Positions 19,396 through 29,899 of a stretch of 42,075 bases of DNA are shown here, piece after piece. Numbering within the stretch: the first letter of the stretch is position 1; each line of letters starts with the position of its first letter. Under the pieces are notes generated by a model that had not been told where the DNA came from, did no database searches, and saw nothing but the letters and a program-made list of their open reading frames with translations. The position numbers and the translations under genes were made by a program. Source of the stretch: Deltaproteobacteria bacterium (GTDB lineage Bacteria; Desulfobacterota; Dissulfuribacteria; Dissulfuribacterales; Sh68); NCBI GenBank assembly GCA_021787835.1, contig JAJYLJ010000003.1, positions 1 through 42,075 on the forward strand. The letters are read 5' to 3'.

Positions 19396-20625
19396 TTATT
19401 CATACCGTAACGCACTGATCGGGTTTAACAATGACGCCTTGTAGGCCGGATAAAACCCGAAAAATATGCCTGTCACACCTGAAAAGCTAAAGGCCAGGAG
19501 CACGGATAGGGGAGAGATAAGTGTCGGCCACCCGGATAAAGTTGAGATAGTTTTCGCCACGCCGACTCCCATCAGTATCCCCATGATGCCGCCAAGCAAC
19601 GAAAGGGTCAGGGCCTCGATAAGAAATTGCAGTCTTATATCCCATGCCCTTGCGCCTACCGCCATCCTTATTCCGATTTCGCGGGTCCGTTCCGTGACAG
19701 ATACAAGCATGATATTCATGATCCCGATTCCTCCTACTATAAGGGATACCGAGGCTATTGCGCCAAGAAGGAGCGACATGATTTGCGCCGCCTTTTCAGC
19801 CGCTCCAAGAATCTGTGTAAGATTCTTTACCGTAAAATCATTCTCCTGCTTTGGACCTATATGGTGCCTCTGTTTTAATAGCTCGGTGATCTGTTTCTCG
19901 GCAGGTTCCAGATAGTCAGCACCTTTCGCACTCACCAGAATAACCTTTATCATGCCGGGGAATGCTGTTCCGAATAATTTTTTCTGGGCCGTTGTGACCG
20001 GTACATATATGGCGTCATCCTGGTCTTGCCCGCTCGGGGATTGCCCCTTTTCATCAAGAACGCCTATCACGGTGAACGGGACCTTCTGTATGCGTATGAC
20101 CTGACCGACAGGGTCAATGGAGCCAAAAAGATTCTCCACCACCGTCTTGCCAAGAAGACAGACTTTCGTGGCCCCTCTAACGTCCTGTCCGGTAAAATAT
20201 CTGCCTGATGCCAGCGACCAGTCTCTCAGGTCAAACATGCCGCGGGTTGTGCCGGTAACCATTGTCGACCAGTTCTGATTGCCATAAACCACCTGGGCTA
20301 CGCCGCTTAGCACAGGTGCTACATAAAGCACCGCCGGACATTGTTTTTCAACGGCCTCGGCATCTAAAAGCGTAAGCGTCGGCTGACTGCCCATGCCATG
20401 GCTCATGCCGCCCGATGTGCTCGCACCTGGCAACACTATCAAGAGGTTGCTGCCTATGCTCGCTATCTGGTCTTCAAGCATCTTCCTTGCGCCGCTTCCC
20501 ACAGCCAACATTATTATAACCGCGCCAACGCCTATTATAATGCCCAGCATTGTAAGGATTGAACGCATCTTGTTGGCCCTGATGGCATCCGAAGCTATTT
20601 TAAAAGATGGGATGATTCCGATCAC
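19396..20625 (-). CDS. MacB-type ABC transporter permease (FtsX fold with large periplasmic domain)
   Basis: 409 aa. N-terminal TM, a roughly 230-aa periplasmic domain, then three C-terminal TMs with TERTREIGIRMAVGA and a YPAYKASLLNPISALRYE tail. Confidence 0.9.
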   Translation of the reverse strand: MIGIIPSFKIASDAIRANKMRSILTMLGIIIGVGAVIIMLAVGSGARKMLEDQIASIGSNLLIVLPGASTSGGMSHGMGSQPTLTLLDAEAVEKQCPAVLYVAPVLSGVAQVVYGNQNWSTMVTGTTRGMFDLRDWSLASGRYFTGQDVRGATKVCLLGKTVVENLFGSIDPVGQVIRIQKVPFTVIGVLDEKGQSPSGQDQDDAIYVPVTTAQKKLFGTAFPGMIKVILVSAKGADYLEPAEKQITELLKQRHHIGPKQENDFTVKNLTQILGAAEKAAQIMSLLLGAIASVSLIVGGIGIMNIMLVSVTERTREIGIRMAVGARAWDIRLQFLIEALTLSLLGGIMGILMGVGVAKTISTLSGWPTLISPLSVLLAFSFSGVTGIFFGFYPAYKASLLNPISALRYE

Positions 20626-21314
20626 GTCTTTTTGACCTCTTCATCATCTGTTACGCGCCCGTCTGAAAATTTAATGATACGCCTTGCAAATGCTGCTATA
20701 TCTGGTTCATGTGTTACGAGAATGACCGTAACATTAAGATCTTTATTTAGCCTTACAAACAACTTCATTATCTCATAGCTCGTCTTTGTGTCCAAATTGC
20801 CTGTCGGCTCATCCGCCAAGATAATAGGCGCATTGTTTACAAGCGCCCTTGCTATGGCGGCCCGTTGCTGCTGTCCGCCAGAGAGCTGATTCGGATAGCT
20901 GCCTGCCTTGTCTGAAAGCCCGACCGCCTCAAGGGCTTTCAGGGCCATCTGTCTGCGCTTCTGGGCCCCAACTCCGGCATAGAGCATCGGAAGACCGACG
21001 TTTTCAACCAGTTTGGTCCTCGGAAGAAGATTGAAACCCTGAAAGATGAACCCCAATTTTTTGTTTCGGATCTCGGCCAATTCATTGCCGTCAAGCCCTC
21101 CGACATCCACTCCATCCAGGAGATATGACCCGCTTGTGGGTTGATCGAGACAGCCTATCATGTTCATAAATGTGGATTTGCCCGAACCGGAAGGCCCCAT
21201 TACGGCTATAAACGCGCCAAGGTCAATGGTCAAAGAGACATCCCTTAAGGCATGAACCTCGACATCGCCGCTTTTATACACCTTGTTCAGGCCCTTGACC
21301 TCTATGAGCGCCAT
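20622..21314 (-). CDS. ABC transporter ATP-binding protein (MacB/LolD family)
   Basis: 230 aa. Walker [10 protein letters not shown], signature LSGGQQQR, Walker [12 protein letters not shown]. Overlaps the permease start by 4 nt. Confidence 0.9.
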   Translation of the reverse strand: MALIEVKGLNKVYKSGDVEVHALRDVSLTIDLGAFIAVMGPSGSGKSTFMNMIGCLDQPTSGSYLLDGVDVGGLDGNELAEIRNKKLGFIFQGFNLLPRTKLVENVGLPMLYAGVGAQKRRQMALKALEAVGLSDKAGSYPNQLSGGQQQRAAIARALVNNAPIILADEPTGNLDTKTSYEIMKLFVRLNKDLNVTVILVTHEPDIAAFARRIIKFSDGRVTDDEEVKKT

Positions 21315-21316
21315 GA

Positions 21317-22483
21317 CTAAAACATCCGCAGAGCCGGGCGCTGATCCTTTGGCTTCTCAAGGGATTCGACTATAACCCTGTCACCATCCTTAATTTCTCC
21401 CGAGGTTATTTCACTATATGTCCCGTCCGTAATGCCGACCTTGACAGAGACCCTTTTGGGTTTGCCGGCCCTGTCAAGCACCCATACATTAGAGCCCCTC
21501 GGCCCATTTCCTTCGTGTATTCCTCTTTGGGTCTCCTGTTCAGGCATGAATCTCAAGGCTGCGTTTGGAACGCTGAGTATATTTTTTTTGGAACTTACGA
21601 TTATAGAGACATTGGCGGTCATGCCCGGTTTTAATTTAAACTCAGGATTATCAACCTTTACCACCACATCATAAGTCACCACGTTTTGTATTGTGGTAGG
21701 GGCTATTCTGACCTCGGCCACCTTGCCGCTAAAAGGTGTCTCTGGATACGCGTCAACGGTGAACTCCGCATTCTGTCCGACAGCTACGGCGCCTATATCG
21801 GCCTCGTCAACATTTGTATCTATCTGCATCTTGGTAAGGTCTTCCGCGATAGTAAAAAGCGTGGGCGTCTGGAAGCTTGCCGCAACCGTCTGTCCAACGT
21901 CAACCTTTCTTGAAACAACAATACCATCCACCGGAGAGAGTATCCTGGTGTATTTTAAATTCGTCTCGGCATAATTGAGGCTTGCGCTAAGCTGCTTTAT
22001 CTGGGCCTTCGACGATCCAACCTGGGCCCTGGCGGTCTCATAATTTGTCTCTGCCGTATCAAGGTCGCTTCTTGCGACCAAATTCCTTGAAAAGAGCTCG
22101 CGCTCCCTATTCATGGTCCTCTTCGCATCAACCAAAGTCGCCTCGCCCTTCTTGAGGTCGGCCCTCGCGGCCTGCACATCAGCCCTCGCCTTTTCAACCT
22201 GGGCTTCAAAGAGAGCCGGGTCGATCTGGGCTATCAATTCGTTCTTCTTTACAGGTGAGTTAAAATCGGCGTATATATACTTTATTGTGCCAGAGACCTG
22301 GGTGCCGACATCGACCGTGGTCACCGCGTTTACCGTGCCGGTGGCGGTCACGGTGGCCTTTATGTCCCTCCTGGCCACTTGCTCCGTCTTGAATTTCGGG
22401 GCCTCTTTCCCGCCCCGCATCAAAAAAAATATCGACAGGCCGACAATGACAATAGACGCCAGGATAAAGACTATTTTTTTCAC
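21317..22483 (-). CDS. Efflux periplasmic adaptor (MacA/HlyD family membrane fusion protein)
   Basis: N-terminal TM, coiled-coil hairpin, and lipoyl/beta-barrel segments. The start is placed at GTG 22483 (VKKIVFILASIV...), directly after the TolC-like TAA and 6 nt after gggggag. The track start at 22534 would overlap the upstream gene by 50 nt. Confidence 0.8.
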   Translation of the reverse strand: MKKIVFILASIVIVGLSIFFLMRGGKEAPKFKTEQVARRDIKATVTATGTVNAVTTVDVGTQVSGTIKYIYADFNSPVKKNELIAQIDPALFEAQVEKARADVQAARADLKKGEATLVDAKRTMNRERELFSRNLVARSDLDTAETNYETARAQVGSSKAQIKQLSASLNYAETNLKYTRILSPVDGIVVSRKVDVGQTVAASFQTPTLFTIAEDLTKMQIDTNVDEADIGAVAVGQNAEFTVDAYPETPFSGKVAEVRIAPTTIQNVVTYDVVVKVDNPEFKLKPGMTANVSIIVSSKKNILSVPNAALRFMPEQETQRGIHEGNGPRGSNVWVLDRAGKPKRVSVKVGITDGTYSEITSGEIKDGDRVIVESLEKPKDQRPALRMF

Positions 22484-22484
22484 C

Positions 22485-23768
22485 TTACTCCCCCATCGCC
22501 TTTTCGAGCCCTGCAAACGCCACCTTGTAGTCATAAAGGGCCTGGATATGGGCTAACTTGGCGCTCTCAAGGGCAACCTCGGCGTCTGTAACCTCAATCG
22601 GGCTTCCGACGCCAACATTATACCTGCCGGTTGCTATCTCAAAATTTTCTTCTGCCTGCTTGACCGCAAGTTCAGCCACGGGCACCTGTTCTTCAGCCTC
22701 TTTTAGGTTGAGATACGACTGCTTCACATCAAGAAAGACGGTATTTTTAAGTGCCATCTCTTTTGCGGCGATGGAACTCAGATTCGCTCCCGCCTCTTCA
22801 ACCTGATATTTTGTAAGAAAACCACTGAATACAGGAAAGGTCACGTTCACCCCAACGCTCCAGCCGTCCTCCAGAGGAAACGACGCCCCGCCCATATTGT
22901 AGGAAGCGTTGCCGGCAACAGAGGGATAGTAACCTTTTTTTGCAAGCTCTATCGATGCCTGCGCCGCATTCTTCTGGATGAGCATCGAGCGAAGATCGGG
23001 CCTTGCATCATAGGCCTTTTTTAAGGCTTCATCAAAGCCTATCTTGACTGGAATAAACTGGAGGTTATCCTCCAATTCATATCCTTCCAGAGTTGTCATG
23101 CCCATTGCGTTATTAAGACCGGCCAAGGCAAGCCTCATGGTGTTTTTCGCCTTTATGAGATTTAATCTTGCATTGCTCAGATCGACTTGTGCCTTCGTGA
23201 CATCAAACTTGGGCCTGGTTCCGACCTCATAGAAACCTTCCGCCTGCTTGAGATGCAATTCAAACTGCCCTATCGTATCTTGCGCTACCTTGAGGTTGCG
23301 TTTAGCCTTTAGCGCAGCGAAATAAGCCTGTCTTACATTAAATATCACCTGACTTTTTATCCACCTTAAATCGAGACTCGATGACGCGAGATTAAGGCGG
23401 CTGATCTTGACCTGGGTCGACGTCTTCCCAAAGTCATAAATGTTTTGCGTAAGAGAAAGCCCGCCTGAATAGTCATCAAAGGCCCTATCGGTAATCTGGC
23501 TCACGGGTGAATAACGGCTGTATCCTGTCGCAAGATTAATTTGCGGCAGGTAACCTGACTCCGCCTGACCTATTCTGCTTTTTTTCGCTGCGACATCACC
23601 CATCGCCGAAAGTATATCGGGCTGATGCTTCAAGGCCAAATTTATACACCTGTCCAGGCTGAGAACCTCGCCCTTGCCGATGCTGTCGTCGCATTGTGCC
23701 TTGGAGACCAAAAGGACCGGGGAAAACGCCGCAAAAATAATAAAGCCGAACCATCTAAAATAGATCAT
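22485..23768 (-). CDS. TolC family outer-membrane efflux protein
   Basis: 427 aa with a signal peptide. It shows the two-repeat OEP architecture with the characteristic LxLxxAxxxALxxNPDL-type opening (LSLDRCINLALKHQPDIL). First gene of the efflux operon. Confidence 0.85.
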   Translation of the reverse strand: MIYFRWFGFIIFAAFSPVLLVSKAQCDDSIGKGEVLSLDRCINLALKHQPDILSAMGDVAAKKSRIGQAESGYLPQINLATGYSRYSPVSQITDRAFDDYSGGLSLTQNIYDFGKTSTQVKISRLNLASSSLDLRWIKSQVIFNVRQAYFAALKAKRNLKVAQDTIGQFELHLKQAEGFYEVGTRPKFDVTKAQVDLSNARLNLIKAKNTMRLALAGLNNAMGMTTLEGYELEDNLQFIPVKIGFDEALKKAYDARPDLRSMLIQKNAAQASIELAKKGYYPSVAGNASYNMGGASFPLEDGWSVGVNVTFPVFSGFLTKYQVEEAGANLSSIAAKEMALKNTVFLDVKQSYLNLKEAEEQVPVAELAVKQAEENFEIATGRYNVGVGSPIEVTDAEVALESAKLAHIQALYDYKVAFAGLEKAMGE

Positions 23769-23994
23769 ATAAAAATAATCATCTCAACCATAGTCATAAT
23801 TGCCATTCACAATGATAAAATATTGAGTAACCGCTTAGTGGTCAAGGCAATCATAGCCCTATTTCATCCCAATTTCCTTGACTGTCATATCAGGATAAAC
23901 TATTTATAAAAATTTGTAAGCGAACAAGACATGTGGCGTTAAAGCGCCTTCGGCAAAAATAGTTAAACGTCAGAAGGGATAAGGAGCAAAAAAG

Positions 23995-25485
23995 TTGAGT
24001 AAAGAGAATTTGATACTCAAGCAGCGCAGGGAAAAGCTAGAAGAAATTGAGGGGGTAAATGTAAAGCCCTATCCAAACAATATAAAACCACCCGAAAAAA
24101 TAGCGGCTTTGATAAAGGCATATGGCGGCGCGGACACAGAGGCTCTGAAGGCCTCTAAAGTAACCTTTAGACTGATAGGCCGCATAATGGGGCTCAGGCG
24201 TTTCGGCAAGGCGGCATTTCTTCACATTCAGGACTCATCCGGACGCATTCAGGTCTACGTTGCTAAAGATGGCATTGGAGAAGAGGCCTATGGAATATTT
24301 AAAAAATTTGACTTAGGCGATATACTTGAAACAAGTGGCGGACTCTTTCGTACAAACACAGGGGAACTCACCCTGGCGGCAAGCTCCGTCAGGCTCATCA
24401 CAAAGTCGCTCCGTCCGCTTCCGGAAAAATTCCACGGGCTCAAGGATAAAGAAATCCGCTATCGCCAGAGATATGTCGACCTGATAATAAACGAAGAGGT
24501 CAGACAGACCTTTTTGACACGCGCTAAAATAATCCAGATCGTAAGGGAGTATCTTGCACAGAATGGATTCCTCGAGGTCGAAACCCCCATGATGCAACCC
24601 ATAGTGGGCGGCGCCACCGCAAAACCATTTGTCACGCATCACAACGCCCTTGGTGTTGATCTATATCTCAGGATTGCACCAGAGCTGTATCTCAAAAGGC
24701 TCCTTGTGGGCGGATTTGAACGTGTGTTCGAACTAAATAGAAATTTTAGAAATGAAGGCATATCCCTTCAACACAATCCCGAATTCACGATGCTCGAGTT
24801 TTATGAGGCGTACGCTACATATGAAGATCTAATAAAAAGAACTGAAGAACTCTTTTTAAAAATCGCCCACGAAGTCCACGGACAAAACAAAATAAGCAAT
24901 CAGGGCCAGACGATAGATCTGACGGCGCCGTGGCGCCGTATCACATTAAAAAATTCGCTTAAGGAAGTAGGCGGGATACCCGAATGCGATCTTTTGGACA
25001 GGACAAAGATGACTGCAAGACTCAAAGAACTGGGGGTGGACATCAGGGGTGACGAACTCCAAGGGAAACTATGGACAAAACTCTTTGACCTTCTTGTGGA
25101 GCCGAAGCTCATACAACCCACATTTATTACGCATTATCCCACGGATGTCTCGCCTCTTGCGCGCAGAAACGAGGATGACCCATCAGTAACAGACCGCTTT
25201 GAACTCTTTATCGCCGGCAGAGAGATCGCTAACGCATTCTCAGAACTGAATGACCCTCGGGACCAGTGCAATCGTTTCAAAGAACAGATAGACGAAAGAA
25301 AGGGTGACGAAGAGATCCCGCCCGTACTGGACGAAGACTATGTAGCAGCGCTTGAATACGGAATGCCCCCGGCGGCAGGGGAAGGCATAGGGATAGACCG
25401 CCTGGTCATGCTCTTTTCCGACTCCCCGTCCATACGAGATGTCATACTATTCCCGCAGCTTAAACCGGAACCGGCCCTTAAATGA
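23995..25485 (+). CDS. lysS: Lysine--tRNA ligase (class II)
   Basis: 496 aa. OB anticodon-binding domain, class II motifs (FLEVETPMMQ, FRNEGIS..HNPEFTMLEFY, GIGIDRLVML). TTG start at 23995, with aaggag 8 nt upstream. Confidence 0.95.
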   Translation: MSKENLILKQRREKLEEIEGVNVKPYPNNIKPPEKIAALIKAYGGADTEALKASKVTFRLIGRIMGLRRFGKAAFLHIQDSSGRIQVYVAKDGIGEEAYGIFKKFDLGDILETSGGLFRTNTGELTLAASSVRLITKSLRPLPEKFHGLKDKEIRYRQRYVDLIINEEVRQTFLTRAKIIQIVREYLAQNGFLEVETPMMQPIVGGATAKPFVTHHNALGVDLYLRIAPELYLKRLLVGGFERVFELNRNFRNEGISLQHNPEFTMLEFYEAYATYEDLIKRTEELFLKIAHEVHGQNKISNQGQTIDLTAPWRRITLKNSLKEVGGIPECDLLDRTKMTARLKELGVDIRGDELQGKLWTKLFDLLVEPKLIQPTFITHYPTDVSPLARRNEDDPSVTDRFELFIAGREIANAFSELNDPRDQCNRFKEQIDERKGDEEIPPVLDEDYVAALEYGMPPAAGEGIGIDRLVMLFSDSPSIRDVILFPQLKPEPALK

Positions 25486-26777
25486 TTAACTTAAATATAT
25501 CGTTTGAATGGTTTACGGCCCTAAGATACCTCAAGGCAAAACGTAAACAGGCATTTATTTCACTGATAACATTGATATCAATAGCCGGCGTTGCCATAGG
25601 AGTCATGGCGCTCATCGTGGTAATATCGGTAATGGGCGGGTTTGAAGACCACCTAAGGACAAAGATACTCGGCATCAACTCCCACATCATTGTAAGGAGC
25701 TACCGCGGCTCATTCGGGGACTATAAAAAAATAGAAAGAAAAATACTCGACACATCCGTCGCGGAAAACAATATGCTGGAAAAAATATTCGGCATGGGTT
25801 CAAGGGCCAAGATCATAGCGGCAACACCTGTCATTTACATACAAGCGCTTCTAAGCTCTGGGCATGGAGTAAGCGGGGCAATTATACGTGGAGTCGATCC
25901 TGACACCCTGCCTACGGTCATAGACACTGGAAGGATATTGCTGGGAGAAGGCCTTTCCGCATTGAAACACGGACGCAAAAACGCCCTCCCGCCTATAATC
26001 TTGGGCAAGGAACTGGCAAAAAACCTTGGCGTTTCTGTTGGACAAACCGTACAGATAATCCTGCCGAGCGGCACCATCACACCTGTCGGCATGCTACCAA
26101 AGATAAGGGGATTCAAGGTAATAGGCATAGACACCACTGGCATGTTTGAATACGACTCATCCCTTGCATTTATAGACCTCTCTGATGCCCAAAAACTCCT
26201 CGGGCTCAATGACAGTGTTCATACTATCGAGCTTAAGGTCTCGGATATCTATGCATCCGACAGACTTGCGCAGGCCATAGAAAGAAAGCTCGGCCCGCCT
26301 TTCTTTGCAATAGACTGGCAACAGATGAGCAGGAGTCTGTTCTCCGCGCTTAAGCTCGAGAAGATCGCCATGTTCATAGTATTGACGTTGATAGTATTGG
26401 TGGCGGCATTCAACATAGTAAGCACTCTTATAATGATGGTTATGGAAAAACATCAGGATATAGCTATTCTAAAGGCGATAGGCGCAACAAACAGGCAGAT
26501 ACTCAAAATTTTTGTATATAATGGCTTAATAGTTGGGCTCATAGGGACATTTATCGGCGTTATCGGCGGGGTTGGCCTTTGCGAACTGCTTTCAAAATAT
26601 AAATTTATAAAGATACCAAGGGATGTATATTATACCGACTCGCTTCCAATCCTCTTAAACACAACCGATGTGGTCATAACAGCCGCATCCGCGATCATCA
26701 TCTGTTTTATCGCGACTATTTATCCGGCCAGACAGGCGGCCAAGGTGAATCCGTCCGAGGCGCTGAGAAACAGATAG
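25482..26777 (+). CDS. Lipoprotein-releasing system permease LolC/E family
   Basis: 431 aa. N-terminal FEWFTALRYLKAKRK, a MacB-like periplasmic domain, and a C-terminal FtsX domain. ATGA overlap with lysS. Confidence 0.85.
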   Translation: MINLNISFEWFTALRYLKAKRKQAFISLITLISIAGVAIGVMALIVVISVMGGFEDHLRTKILGINSHIIVRSYRGSFGDYKKIERKILDTSVAENNMLEKIFGMGSRAKIIAATPVIYIQALLSSGHGVSGAIIRGVDPDTLPTVIDTGRILLGEGLSALKHGRKNALPPIILGKELAKNLGVSVGQTVQIILPSGTITPVGMLPKIRGFKVIGIDTTGMFEYDSSLAFIDLSDAQKLLGLNDSVHTIELKVSDIYASDRLAQAIERKLGPPFFAIDWQQMSRSLFSALKLEKIAMFIVLTLIVLVAAFNIVSTLIMMVMEKHQDIAILKAIGATNRQILKIFVYNGLIVGLIGTFIGVIGGVGLCELLSKYKFIKIPRDVYYTDSLPILLNTTDVVITAASAIIICFIATIYPARQAAKVNPSEALRNR

Positions 26778-26800
26778 CGCTCCTTCACTCTTCACGCCTT

Positions 26801-28618
26801 TCACTTGCGCAGATGACTGCAAATATCTCTGGCGAGTTTGTTGGAAACACCCTGCACATTTACAATCTCTTCAAATGACGCATTCCTGACCCCCTCGAGA
26901 CTCCCGAAGCGCCTGAGAAGTCTGCGTTCGATTATAATGCCCACCCCAGGCACATCTCCAAGTCCTGAGCGGAGCCTTAACTTGTCGCGCCGTTTTCTGT
27001 GGAAGTTTATCCCGAACCTATGGGCCTCATCCCGGACCCTCTGCAAAAAAAGCAGAACCGGATGCGACCTTGGAAGAAACAAGGGTTCCACCCATGACGG
27101 CCTATATATCTTTTCACCTTCGCCGCCTCTTTCCTTGGCGATCGATACGATCTCAAGACCCTCCGACAACCCAAGGATGGAGGCCACCCCCAGGGCCTCG
27201 TTTAACTGACCTCTTCCACCGTCAATAATCAAGAGATCCGGAACACCCGCCTTTTGTGAGGCCATTAACCGCCTTGTAACCACTTCACGGATCATGGCGT
27301 AATCATCAACTCCCGTGACATCTTTTATATTGTAATGCCTGTACCCCTTCTTATAAGGCTTGCCATTCTTAAAGGCCACCAAACTACCCACGGGGAGACT
27401 CCCGCCGGTAGTTGATATATCGACGCACTCGACAAGGTTCGGCTGCGACTTGAGGACCAGCACATCTTTTAGGCTATTTAAAAGCACACGCCCTGCCAGA
27501 CCTTCTTTTCTTGCGCCGCTGAGGGCTAAGCGCGCATTCTCGGATGCCATATCTAAAAACTTGCGCCGCATACCGCGGACCTTGGAGCTATTAAGCCTCT
27601 TCATCCCCATCTCTGACAACCATTCCGACAGAGGCAAGACATCTAAAGGCTGAAACGGCACGACTATCTCTGGCGGGGCAGGGTTATCGCTATAATATTC
27701 ACGCAGAAAGGCCGACAAAACAGCCCCTTCTTCTTCACCGTTAACAAAAGTCATATTGTGTATTTCTTGACCCCTAACCACACCGGCCCTTACATGCAGA
27801 ACCGATACCACAGCGTACTCATCTTCCATTGCCAGACATACAGCGTCAAGGTCTGTATCCATGCCTACAACAATCCACTGGCTTTCCGTAATTCCCTGAA
27901 TGGCGGCCAGTCTGTCTCTCAAGATAGCGGCGGCCTCAAACTCAAGCTTTGAGACGGCCTCATTCATTTGGACCTCCAAAGAGTTGACCAAAGCGCTGGT
28001 CTTACCTTCAAGGAATAGCCTGACCTCTCTTATGCGTTCCCTATAGCTGAAAGATGAAATAGCCTTTATACATGGAGCCGAACAGTATCCAATCTGATAT
28101 TTAAGGCATGCCCTGCCCCTTGACGCCATAACAGAGTCGGTACATGTTCTTAGACCAAAAAGGGCCGTAACAAATCTAGAGGTCTCGTTAATGGCCTTAC
28201 CCGAAGGATACGGCCCAAAATAAATAGCCCCGTCCCGCTGCCTTCGTCTAACAATAGATAATTTAGGGAATTCATGCCTTACATCGAGCCGCAGAAACGG
28301 ATACGCCTTGTCATCGCGCAGCAAGATATTATATTTTGGTCTGTGTTCCTTGATCAGAGCCGCTTCAAGTATAAAGGCCTCTTTCTCTGTAGCCGTTACA
28401 ATGAATTCAAAGGTAACGGCACGCTTGAGCATGAGAGATGACTTCCCTGGCAAATCGGCCCCAGCCCTTAGATAAGAAGAAAGTCTCTGGCGCAAGTCTT
28501 TTGCCTTTCCAACATAAAGGACTTCCGCAGTCTCATTTTTAAAGAGATAGGCCCCCGGAGTCCTTGGAATCTTTGAAAGGACTCCGGGAGAATTTGTTGG
28601 AAATCCAAGAGAGGTCAC
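26801..28618 (-). CDS. uvrC: Excinuclease ABC subunit C
   Basis: 605 aa. GIY-YIG domain (PGAYLFKNETAEVLYVGKAKDLRQRLSSY), UVR domain, Endo V-like domain and a C-terminal (HhH)2. Confidence 0.95.
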   Translation of the reverse strand: MTSLGFPTNSPGVLSKIPRTPGAYLFKNETAEVLYVGKAKDLRQRLSSYLRAGADLPGKSSLMLKRAVTFEFIVTATEKEAFILEAALIKEHRPKYNILLRDDKAYPFLRLDVRHEFPKLSIVRRRQRDGAIYFGPYPSGKAINETSRFVTALFGLRTCTDSVMASRGRACLKYQIGYCSAPCIKAISSFSYRERIREVRLFLEGKTSALVNSLEVQMNEAVSKLEFEAAAILRDRLAAIQGITESQWIVVGMDTDLDAVCLAMEDEYAVVSVLHVRAGVVRGQEIHNMTFVNGEEEGAVLSAFLREYYSDNPAPPEIVVPFQPLDVLPLSEWLSEMGMKRLNSSKVRGMRRKFLDMASENARLALSGARKEGLAGRVLLNSLKDVLVLKSQPNLVECVDISTTGGSLPVGSLVAFKNGKPYKKGYRHYNIKDVTGVDDYAMIREVVTRRLMASQKAGVPDLLIIDGGRGQLNEALGVASILGLSEGLEIVSIAKERGGEGEKIYRPSWVEPLFLPRSHPVLLFLQRVRDEAHRFGINFHRKRRDKLRLRSGLGDVPGVGIIIERRLLRRFGSLEGVRNASFEEIVNVQGVSNKLARDICSHLRK

Positions 28619-28621
28619 TTT

Positions 28622-29467
28622 TTAGGTAAAAACAGCCTCTTTGAAAAAGGCTGGCAACATAAAGGCTGCCCTGCATATCTCGTCCGTAAAATATTTTGCG
28701 TTTACTCTGTGAGCAGCAAACCTTGCTGGATCAAAATCTTTGGATGGATCATATTTCTTGCTGGCCATGACCCAACTCCATAAGCCACTTGGATAGGTTG
28801 GAATAGCACCAATATAAAAATTGATTACAGGGAAACCAGCCTCACGGAGATTGCGATGCATCTCTTTTATAATATTGATATTATAAAATGGCGACTCGCT
28901 TTGGGCAACCAAAATGCCGTCGGGCCTCAGAGCGGCAAGGCATTTCTTGTAAAAATCCTCCTTAAAGAGACCTTCGGCCGGCCCTATTGGATCGGTTGAA
29001 TCAACAATGAGTATATCGAAAATAGATATATTCCTGCCCATGTATTCTGTCCCATCATCAACAACCACGGCAACCCTATCATTGCCATTAAGTTCAGAGG
29101 CGACGCGCGGGAAAAATTTTTTGCAGGTCTCTATAACCAATCCATCTATTTCACAAAGCACCACCCTTTCCACGCCGCCATGCTTGACAACCTCTCTGAC
29201 CGCGCCACCATCCCCGCCGCCTATTATTAAGACATTTTTGGGGGCCGGGTGGAGGTAAAGCGCCGGATGCGTTATCATTTCATGGTATATATGTTCGTCC
29301 CTGTCGCTTGTCATGACAAGTCCATCCAGGAGCAGGACGCGCCCATATTCATAGGTGTCAAGGACTTCAATGGTTTGATAATTAGACCTACCTACAAACA
29401 AAGTCTCTTTCACCTTGAGCTTAAGGCCTGCATTTGGAGTATGAAATTCAGTATACCAAAGGTCCAT
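28622..29467 (-). CDS. speE: Spermidine synthase
   Basis: 281 aa. Motifs WYTE, LLLDG, YHEM and VLIIGGGDGGAVREV, typical of SpeE. Confidence 0.9.
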   Translation of the reverse strand: MDLWYTEFHTPNAGLKLKVKETLFVGRSNYQTIEVLDTYEYGRVLLLDGLVMTSDRDEHIYHEMITHPALYLHPAPKNVLIIGGGDGGAVREVVKHGGVERVVLCEIDGLVIETCKKFFPRVASELNGNDRVAVVVDDGTEYMGRNISIFDILIVDSTDPIGPAEGLFKEDFYKKCLAALRPDGILVAQSESPFYNINIIKEMHRNLREAGFPVINFYIGAIPTYPSGLWSWVMASKKYDPSKDFDPARFAAHRVNAKYFTDEICRAAFMLPAFFKEAVFT

Positions 29468-29671
29468 CTTTTTTCATCGACCACCCAAAATATAAAAAAC
29501 AAGAAAAAGAGACAATGAATTCGTGATCGTTCAAATTTGGTCGCAATTGCTGAACGAAGTGCGAACCCATTTTGAGCAAGAACTTCTGCCCTGACGGGCA
29601 AAAACCCGCCCCAGCGGCGCGTCTCTGCGTCAGCAGAGAGGCAAAGCCCGCAAAATTCGCAGTGTTTAGAT

Positions 29672-29748
29672 TGGTCGGGGCGAGAGGATTCGAACCTCCG
29701 GCCCTCTGCTCCCAAAGCAGATGCGCTACCAGACTGCGCTACGCCCCG
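29672..29748 (-). tRNA. tRNA-Pro (anticodon UGG), CCA encoded
   Basis: The reverse complement reads CGGGGCGTAGCGCAGTCTGGTAGCGCATCTGCTTTGGGAGCAGAGGGCCGGAGGTTCGAATCCTCTCGCCCCGACCA (77 nt). It has a 7-bp acceptor stem, a D arm GCGC/GCGC, an anticodon stem TCTGC/GCAGA with loop TTTGGGA, and a T arm GGAGG/CCTCT with loop TTCGAAT. Confidence 0.9.
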
Positions 29749-29899
29749 AACTTCAGTGAGTGCTTTTTACCATATGGCACAAATGGCTTCAATAGATTAA
29801 GTTAATTTTCATAAACTAAGACATGGCTTGGGTCTTGACAGAATCCATATAAAAGCCTTATTTTATAATAATAAATAAATTAAATATAATCAATTAGAT

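Noticed and set aside
25482-26800. Missing lolD after lolC/E as a sign of gene loss
   Set aside because: The permease gene ends 23 nt before the convergent uvrC stop, so no ATPase gene is adjacent. Lol ATPase genes can sit elsewhere, and one window cannot establish absence.
29410-29805. ORFs 29410..29715(-) and 29572..29805(+) spanning the speE start and tRNA-Pro
   Set aside because: They overlap a canonical 77-nt tRNA-Pro and the speE 5 end. They have no SD and no motifs.
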